32,000 nt of DNA from Methanothermus fervidus DSM 2088 (lineage in GTDB: Archaea; Methanobacteriota; Methanobacteria; DSM-2088; Methanothermaceae). Made by a program: the position numbers and the translations under genes. The notes under the pieces were generated by a model. That model searched no databases, was not told the origin of the DNA, and saw only the letters and a list, made by a program, of their open reading frames with translations. The stretch is taken from the NCBI GenBank assembly GCA_000166095.1, contig CP002278.1:420001-452000 (forward strand), written 5' to 3'. Below, one piece after another: positions 26,143-32,000 of this stretch (its first letter is position 1; every line of letters begins with the position of its first letter).

Positions 26143-27063
26143 TTGAAACTTAGAGTAATGGGATTGTTTTTCATAATTATGGCATTCCTCATGCTAAACC
26201 CGCATGTTAAAAATTTAGTGACACCGTTTACACATATATTCTTAATGGGATCTTCTGAAGGAAAAGATATTTTATTTTTTTCTTTGATGGGTTTGTCAAT
26301 GATTTTAAGTCCTTTATCTGAAAATAGAATATTTAAAAAATTTAATAGAGAAGTTTACTTGTCAGTAGTTTTATTTTTAGCATTTCTTAGCTATCTTATT
26401 TCTGAAATTATTGAAATTTACATTCGTTATAAATTTTCAGTCTCGCCCTTCACAACTTTTGTTGTTTTATCACCAACGCCAACATCCACTAGCATTTTAC
26501 ATTCACATATTTTTAAAGCTTCTTTAAGTCCTATATTCCAAAAATTTGTAATTTCCAAAAATATTCATATAGGCACGTCTTTATTACATTACATTCCAAG
26601 TTGGCTGACAGTTTATGCAACTATAGTTCTCTTTTTAATATATTTTTTTGGTTTGTTATCTCTTAGCGAAAGAAAAATAATACAAAAAATCTTAATTATA
26701 TTTGGATTATCTACTCTAATAATTGGAATTATTGATGGAGGGATATTTGCAACACCCTCACTGGTAGGGTTATTTATTTTGTTTTATATGAAATTTGCCA
26801 CCACTGATTCTCCAACTGGTAAAAATCTAATAAAACCTACATTAATTATTTTGATTATAATTTTTATAGGCCTTGCTCTTGATATAACTCATTCAAATAC
26901 AAAATTTTACGAAGTAACGGCACTAAAAAATAACAACGAAAAGATATACTCATATATGCCAGGTAAATATAATGAAAGATGGCTTATAAATCACTTAACA
27001 AAAAAATTTGAAGGAAAGTACATAGCTTTCTTTATGAGTTGGAATTTCTTTTCATATTGGTGA
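26143..27063 (+). CDS. polytopic membrane protein, unknown function
   Basis: 306 aa with 7 or more hydrophobic segments. TTG start with GAGGTGA 7 nt upstream. Stops 5 nt before the glycosyltransferase ATG. No family recognised. Confidence 0.6.
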   Translation: MKLRVMGLFFIIMAFLMLNPHVKNLVTPFTHIFLMGSSEGKDILFFSLMGLSMILSPLSENRIFKKFNREVYLSVVLFLAFLSYLISEIIEIYIRYKFSVSPFTTFVVLSPTPTSTSILHSHIFKASLSPIFQKFVISKNIHIGTSLLHYIPSWLTVYATIVLFLIYFFGLLSLSERKIIQKILIIFGLSTLIIGIIDGGIFATPSLVGLFILFYMKFATTDSPTGKNLIKPTLIILIIIFIGLALDITHSNTKFYEVTALKNNNEKIYSYMPGKYNERWLINHLTKKFEGKYIAFFMSWNFFSYW

Positions 27064-27068
27064 TAGTT

Positions 27069-28880
27069 ATGATCAGAGTTAGCATAGTAATACCTACATA
27101 CAATGAAGAAAAATTTTTACCAGCTTTGCTTGAGAGTATCAAAAGACAAAATTACAAAAATTACGAAGTTATAATTGCTGATGCAAATTCTACAGATAAA
27201 ACTAGAGATATAGCAAAATCTTACGGATGTAAGATAGTAGAAGGTGGAACACCAGCAGTTGGTAGAAACAGTGGAGCAAAACATGCCAATGGGGATTTAT
27301 TATTATTCTTAGATGCAGATACAATTTTGACACCTAATTATTTAGAAAAATTGGTAAAAAATTTCATGAAAGAAGACATAGGAATTGCTATCACCCAAAT
27401 ATCTCCAGTTTATGGAAATGTTTTAGAAAAAATTTTACATGAAATCGCAAATAAAGCTGTAAAAATGTTAGAACCCGTAAAACCTCACGGATCAGGAGGA
27501 TTTGGCATTGCGACATGGAAAATTTTACATGATAAAATAGGAGGTTTTGACGAATCATTGGACTTTGGAGAAGATACAGATTATATTCAACGAATGTCTA
27601 AGATAACTAAATTTAAAGTCCTAAAAGAACCACGTCTTTTAATTTCAACTAGAAGATTAAAAAAAGAAGGTTTAAAAAATCTAACAGCGAAATACACAAA
27701 GAGTACAATACATCAATTTCTTGGAAAGAATGTAAGTGCAAAAGAATTAAATTATAACTTTGAGTATAGAGATGTAGATGCCCCATCAGTTAAAATTGTT
27801 GATGAAATCTTTGGTAAAAGGAAAAGAATACTTTATGGTGTATGTGGGGAAGGAATGGGTCATGCTATTAGGAGCGGTGTAATATTGGAAGAATTATCAA
27901 AAAAACACAGTATAAAAATATTGGCTAGTGGAAGGGCATACAAATATTTATCTAAAAAATTTGAGGATGTGTATGAAATAGGTGGTTTTAATACAGTTTA
28001 TGAAAATAACAGGGTTAACACTATAAAAACATTCTTTGAATCTATTAGAAGATTTCCAAAACATCTAATATCAAATTTTTGGACAATATATCGCATAGTT
28101 AATGAATTTAATCCTCATATAGTAATTTCTGATTTTGAGTTTTATTCTAGCTTATTTGCAAATATAATGCGACTCCCACTTATAAGTATTGATAATATTC
28201 ATGTGATATCTCGTTGTAAAATTAAATATCCTAGAAAATATTGGTGGGATAGGATAAAAGCAGAGATAGTTATACGTCTTTTTGTCATAAAGGCTAAAAA
28301 ATATCTTATAACAACATATTATTTCCCACAGGTTAAATATCCTGAAAATACGAAATTATACCCGCCAATTTTAAGAAAGAAAATCATAAAATTAAAACCT
28401 AGTTATGGTGACCATGTTTTTGTATACCAAACTAGCAAAACTAATAAAAAATTACTCAATGATTTAAAGAAAATAAACCAAAAATTTATCATTTATGGTT
28501 TCGATGAAAACAAGGAAGTAAAGAATTTAAAATTTAAAAAATTCAATGAATCAGAATTTTACGATGATTTAGCTTCTGCAAAAGCTGTGATAACAAATGG
28601 TGGTTTCAGCCTAATTAGTGAAGCTTTATATTTAAAAAAACCAATACTTAGTATTCCAATCCAAGGACAATTTGAGCAAATATTAAATGCATTATACCTA
28701 GATAAATTAGGCTATGGTAAATTTATTGAAGAGAGTTCGGTTGGAAAAATTATGGAATTCTTAAATAACCTAGATAAATATCGTGAAAAGCTTAAAGATT
28801 ACGAATATTGTGGAAATGATTTCTTAATTTCAGATCTTGAGGAAATTATTGATGAATATGCTAAACCTGAAAAATATTAG
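27069..28880 (+). CDS. two-domain glycosyltransferase: N-terminal GT2 (GT-A) fused to C-terminal GT-B (GT1/GT28-like, MJ1255/TIGR00661-like) domain
   Basis: N-terminal part: VSIVIPTYNEE...EVIIADANSTD...LLFLDADT (DxD). C-terminal part: ILYGVCGEGMGHAIRS...VITNGGFSLISEALYLKKPILSIPIQGQFEQILNALYLDKLGYG (GT-B nucleotide-sugar motif). ATG 27069 with GGTGA upstream preferred over track start 27039. Confidence 0.8.
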   Translation: MIRVSIVIPTYNEEKFLPALLESIKRQNYKNYEVIIADANSTDKTRDIAKSYGCKIVEGGTPAVGRNSGAKHANGDLLLFLDADTILTPNYLEKLVKNFMKEDIGIAITQISPVYGNVLEKILHEIANKAVKMLEPVKPHGSGGFGIATWKILHDKIGGFDESLDFGEDTDYIQRMSKITKFKVLKEPRLLISTRRLKKEGLKNLTAKYTKSTIHQFLGKNVSAKELNYNFEYRDVDAPSVKIVDEIFGKRKRILYGVCGEGMGHAIRSGVILEELSKKHSIKILASGRAYKYLSKKFEDVYEIGGFNTVYENNRVNTIKTFFESIRRFPKHLISNFWTIYRIVNEFNPHIVISDFEFYSSLFANIMRLPLISIDNIHVISRCKIKYPRKYWWDRIKAEIVIRLFVIKAKKYLITTYYFPQVKYPENTKLYPPILRKKIIKLKPSYGDHVFVYQTSKTNKKLLNDLKKINQKFIIYGFDENKEVKNLKFKKFNESEFYDDLASAKAVITNGGFSLISEALYLKKPILSIPIQGQFEQILNALYLDKLGYGKFIEESSVGKIMEFLNNLDKYREKLKDYEYCGNDFLISDLEEIIDEYAKPEKY

Positions 28881-28881
28881 A

Positions 28882-29805
28882 TTAGAATGTCACGCCTAAG
28901 TTTAATTTACTTGTTAATTCCCTATACCTGTTACGTATTGTTACTTCTGTTATTCCAGCTACTTCAGCAATTTCTCTTTGAGTTCTTCTTTCTCTAAGTA
29001 ATACAGATGCTATATATAATGCGGCTGCAGCCACTCCAGTTGGACCTCTTCCTGAAGTAAGTCCTTTTTTCATAGCTTTTTTAATTATTTCGATAGCTTT
29101 TGACTGTACTTTACCTGAAAGTCCTAATTCACTTGCAAATCTAGGTACATAATCAATAGGTGACGTTGGTGGTAAACGTATATTTAATTTTCTAGCTAAA
29201 AATCTGTATGTACGACCAACACCTTTTTTCTTAACACCAGAAACTTCAGCAATTTCATCTAAAGTTCTAGGCACATTACATTTCCTACATGCTGCATACA
29301 ATGCAGCTGCTACAACTTCTTCTATGCTTCTTCCTCTTATCAGTTTCTTTTTTACAGCATCTCTATAAATAACTGATGCAGTTTCTCTAACAGTCCTAGG
29401 TAAATTTAATCTTGATGCAATTCTATCTAATTCGCTTAATGCAAACGCAAGATTTCTTTCTGTTGCACCAGAAATTCTAATTTTTCTTTGCCATTTTCTT
29501 AATCTGTACCATTGAGCCCTACTTTTTGCAGGAATATCTTTTCCATAAATATCTTTATTTCTCCAATCAATCATTGTAGATAATCCTTTATCATGAATTG
29601 TATATGTGACAGGGGCACCAACACGTGTACGTTTTTCTCTTTGTTCGTGATCAAATGCTCTCCATTCAGGTCCCATGTCAATTAATTTTTCATCTATAAC
29701 AAGTCCGCACTTCCTACAAACTATTTCAGCCCTTTCATGGTCTTCAATTAAGTCTTCAGATCCACATTCAGGACAAACTGAACCTTTAAGAACTTTCTTT
29801 TTCAT
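28882..29805 (-). CDS. tfb: transcription initiation factor TFB (TFIIB homolog)
   Basis: Zn ribbon CPECGS...CRKCG, GPEWRAF, two cyclin-like repeats ([18 protein letters not shown] / [16 protein letters not shown]). No intein-sized insert. Confidence 0.95.
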   Translation of the reverse strand: MKKKVLKGSVCPECGSEDLIEDHERAEIVCRKCGLVIDEKLIDMGPEWRAFDHEQREKRTRVGAPVTYTIHDKGLSTMIDWRNKDIYGKDIPAKSRAQWYRLRKWQRKIRISGATERNLAFALSELDRIASRLNLPRTVRETASVIYRDAVKKKLIRGRSIEEVVAAALYAACRKCNVPRTLDEIAEVSGVKKKGVGRTYRFLARKLNIRLPPTSPIDYVPRFASELGLSGKVQSKAIEIIKKAMKKGLTSGRGPTGVAAAALYIASVLLRERRTQREIAEVAGITEVTIRNRYRELTSKLNLGVTF

Positions 29806-30062
29806 TTTCGTTTTTCTCTCCTCCTTTTCTTCTTCTTTATAAATATTGTTGTTCCAACTCGTTTCTCAAGTTTTTTAGAATTAATTGCAGGGTCAATTGT
29901 AATGTATGGATTTTTTGTAGGACCAAAAACTCGTTTAACATTGCCTATTTTAATATTATCAGAAGAATAAACAGGGGATCCTATTGCTGGAGTCATTTTA
30001 ACCTTTGCAACCAAAAACCCTTTATCAGTAATCTTCAATAATTTTCCTTTTATTGAAGCCAT
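29802..30062 (-). CDS. gar1: H/ACA RNP protein Gar1
   Basis: 86 aa. [15 protein letters not shown]...IGSPVY.......[18 protein letters not shown] is the Gar1 barrel pattern. ATGA overlap with tfb. Basic C-terminal tail. Confidence 0.8.
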   Translation of the reverse strand: MASIKGKLLKITDKGFLVAKVKMTPAIGSPVYSSDNIKIGNVKRVFGPTKNPYITIDPAINSKKLEKRVGTTIFIKKKKRRREKRK

Positions 30063-30106
30063 TTAATCACCTCTAATTAAAAAATTATATATGAATTAGT
30101 TTAAAC

Positions 30107-30114
30107 TTATATTA
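30107..30114 (+). promoter_or_regulatory. candidate TATA box for the C/D sRNA-nmd3 transcript
   Basis: AAAC-TTATATTA is centred about 27 nt upstream of about 30137, just 5' of the C box. The AT-palindromic sequence could also serve gar1 on the other strand. Confidence 0.35.
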
Positions 30115-30135
30115 TAACTGAAAATTTTTGTATTT

Positions 30136-30193
30136 TTAATGATGAATTTGGCCACTTCTGATTTTCAATGATGAAAAGGCTAGACTCTGAATT
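30136..30193 (+). ncRNA. C/D box sRNA (2'-O-methylation guide), double guide
   Basis: C AUGAUGA 30139-30145; 12-nt guide AUUUGGCCACUU 30146-30157; D' CUGA 30158-30161; 6-nt loop; C' AUGAUGA 30168-30174; 12-nt guide AAAGGCUAGACU 30175-30186; D CUGA 30187-30190. This is the canonical archaeal box order and 12-nt spacing, in an intergenic region. Confidence 0.85.
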
Positions 30194-30208
30194 TAGGAGG
30201 TTTTTACA

Positions 30209-31249
30209 TTGTTCTGCATTAAGTGTGGAAATTCTCAAGTTTTTAAAAATGGATTATGTGAAAAATGTTTTTATAGAGAATTCAAAATGGCTAATATTCC
30301 AGAAAAGATTGAAACAAAAATTTGTGTGCATTGTCATTCCCATTTAAAACAAAATAAATGGGTTGATATTGGGTTATCAAGAGAAGAGGTTGTTCGTAAA
30401 GTTATTTTAGACAAGATATCTTTCAATCCTAAAGTTAAAAATCCAAAAACTGAAATAGACATAATACAAAGAAAAGGCACTTTGTATAAGTGTTTGGTAA
30501 AGATAAAAGGTGAAGTTTTTGGTAAAAAATTGCAGAAAGAATATTATTGCAATGTTCATTTACGTAATTCTGTCTGTACTTATTGTAGTAGGCGTGCGTC
30601 TGGATACTATGAAGCAGTGATACAACTACGAGCTGATAAAAGAGACTTAAAAAATAAAGAAATTAAAAAAATAGAGAAGATAATTTCAAATACTTTAGAA
30701 TCATTATGGCCAAAAAATAGACTTGCTTATGTATCTAAAATTTCTAAATTAAAAGAAGGAGTTGATTATTATATAGGTTCTTATACTGCTGCAAGAAAAA
30801 TTGTGTCAGCCATAATGAATAATTTTGGCGGTATAATAGATGAATCTTCACGAGTTGTAGGTAGAGATAAGTCTAAAGGCAGGGAAATATGTAGATACTG
30901 GATTTTATTAAAACTTCCATTTATTGAGGAAAAAGATATCATTGAATATAAAAATAAAATTGGTCAGGTGAAATCTATTGATGGTAGAGGAATACTAGTA
31001 AAAATATTCGATAATAACAAACATGAAAAGATTCCTTGGAAAGAATATGATAAAATAAAGTTAAAAGCAAAGCATTCAGAAATAGAAACAACCACTGTAG
31101 TTTCTAAATCTTTAGATAAAATTCAAATATTAGATCCTAAAACCTTTCAACCTATAGATTTAGACATGAAATCATGGTTCCAAAATTTAAACATTGGAGA
31201 TGAAGTAAAAGTTATAAAAATTAATAAAAGGATTTACATAGTAGATTGA
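30209..31249 (+). CDS. Nmd3-family protein (archaeal homolog of the 60S export adaptor)
   Basis: N-terminal Cys clusters FCIKCG...CEKC...CVHCHS, then [20 protein letters not shown] typical of the Nmd3 N-terminal domain. TTG start with AGGAGG 8 nt upstream. Confidence 0.85.
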   Translation: MFCIKCGNSQVFKNGLCEKCFYREFKMANIPEKIETKICVHCHSHLKQNKWVDIGLSREEVVRKVILDKISFNPKVKNPKTEIDIIQRKGTLYKCLVKIKGEVFGKKLQKEYYCNVHLRNSVCTYCSRRASGYYEAVIQLRADKRDLKNKEIKKIEKIISNTLESLWPKNRLAYVSKISKLKEGVDYYIGSYTAARKIVSAIMNNFGGIIDESSRVVGRDKSKGREICRYWILLKLPFIEEKDIIEYKNKIGQVKSIDGRGILVKIFDNNKHEKIPWKEYDKIKLKAKHSEIETTTVVSKSLDKIQILDPKTFQPIDLDMKSWFQNLNIGDEVKVIKINKRIYIVD

Positions 31250-31268
31250 CGCAACATATGGTGATTTC

Positions 31269-32000
31269 ATGAACAAACAACTTGAATTAGCTAAAAAAGG
31301 CACAGTGGAAATAATTACAATTGAAGAACTTAAAGAAGTCCTAAAAAAGAAAAATCCTGTGGCATATATAGGTTATGAACCTTCAGGAAAAATACATCTC
31401 GGACATTTAATTACCATAAAGAAGATGATAGATTTACAAAAAATTGGATTTAAAATTAAAATTCTTCTAGCAGATTATCATGCATATCTAAATTATAAAG
31501 GAGAGTTAGACGAAATTAGAGAAATTGCAGAATATAATAAGCGTTGTTTTTTAGCTATGGGATTATCTAAGGATACAGAGTTCATATTAGGTTCTGAGTT
31601 TCAAACAGATGATGATTATGTTTTAGATCTATATAGGTTAGCACATATAACTACCTTAAATAGAGCTAAAAGGAGTATGTCACAAATAATAAGAGAAGCT
31701 GGTGAACATAAAGTTTCTGAAGTGCTTTATCCATTAATGCAAGTTATTGACATGGTTCATTTGGGAGTAGACGTTTCAGTGGGAGGGATGGAACAAAGAA
31801 AAATTCATATGTTAGCTCGTGACAACTTACCAAAAATTGGATACACACCACCAGTGTGTATACACACACCTATAATCCATGGAACTGATGGATCAGAAAA
31901 AATGTCATCAAGTAAAGGGAACTTTATTGCTGTTGATGATCCACCTAAAGTTATAAAAGATAAAATAATGAAAAGTTATTGTCCAGCAGCTAAAATAGAT
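31269..32000 (+). CDS. tyrS: tyrosyl-tRNA synthetase (5' 244 codons; continues beyond window end)
   Basis: Own translation from ATG 31269 (GGTGAT upstream) gives ...[15 protein letters not shown] (HIGH-type), [41 protein letters not shown] (KMSKS-type). Open to base 32000, hence absent from the track. Confidence 0.92.
   Translation, partial: MNKQLELAKKGTVEIITIEELKEVLKKKNPVAYIGYEPSGKIHLGHLITIKKMIDLQKIGFKIKILLADYHAYLNYKGELDEIREIAEYNKRCFLAMGLSKDTEFILGSEFQTDDDYVLDLYRLAHITTLNRAKRSMSQIIREAGEHKVSEVLYPLMQVIDMVHLGVDVSVGGMEQRKIHMLARDNLPKIGYTPPVCIHTPIIHGTDGSEKMSSSKGNFIAVDDPPKVIKDKIMKSYCPAAKID

Noticed and set aside
25959-26192. 77-aa minus-strand ORF spanning the TauE start and the intergenic spacer
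   Set aside because: It overlaps the well-supported TauE N-terminus out of frame. It also covers the SD and TTG start of the downstream plus-strand membrane protein. No independent support.
28849-28870. UUGAUGA-N11-CUGA, a half C/D-box-like arrangement near the 3' end of the glycosyltransferase gene
   Set aside because: The first position is a pyrimidine rather than R, the spacer is 11 nt, and no second box pair exists. The sequence is fully explained as codons (IDEYAKPEKY).
1-32000. CRISPR arrays, IS elements, long direct or inverted repeats, rRNA, inteins, in-frame TGA (selenocysteine) genes
   Set aside because: Apart from the two tRNAs I saw no regularly spaced repeats and no transposase- or integrase-like ORF. 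RFC, aIF5B and TFB, which host inteins in some methanogens, have normal lengths. No ORF appears truncated at a TGA with a continuing homologous frame. Detection by eye is imperfect for short or diverged repeats.

Overview
AT-rich (roughly 30% G+C by eye) archaeal chromosome segment made up almost entirely of core information-processing genes. A methanogen-type seryl-tRNA synthetase, CooC, a CobN-like chelatase and the gene order point to a class I methanogen (Methanobacteriales/Methanococcales-like). GC-rich tRNA stems in an AT-rich genome hint at a thermophile. Both points are inference only. I call 40 protein-coding loci. Two are partial at the window edges (CobN-like, TyrRS). Three fall below the ORF-track size cut-off (S27ae, L24e, a 39-aa membrane peptide). 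One, a PIN/Fcf1-like gene, is split by a frameshift in an A7/T7 run. I also call two tandem tRNA-Val genes and one canonical C/D box sRNA. Positions 3202-14131 form a 17-gene single-strand array (RFC, ArgH, r-proteins, Spt4, Rpo7, PPase, aIF2-gamma, aIF5B, NDK, L7Ae) with gaps of 21 nt or less and frequent GTG/TTG starts. I found no CRISPR array, transposase, integrase or recognisable defence or toxin module, and I cannot point to a clear-cut novel multi-gene system. The items most worth a second look are listed here. (1) A C/D box sRNA sits between gar1 and nmd3, embedded in the nmd3 leader. (2) A C/D-like K-turn motif overlaps the Shine-Dalgarno of the L7Ae gene. (3) The PIN gene is frameshifted. 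(4) A LonB-type AAA+ protein lacks both membrane anchor and protease domain, and is tightly coupled to DnaG and a second Toprim protein. (5) A GT2 + GT-B fused glycosyltransferase follows a polytopic membrane protein. (6) A membrane-anchored, apparently degenerate Mrr-like nuclease fold lies next to the tRNAs. (7) An archaeal UPF0348/TmcAL-like nucleotidyltransferase with an HhH tail is coupled to an FKBP. All homology calls are from recalled motifs, with no database search.
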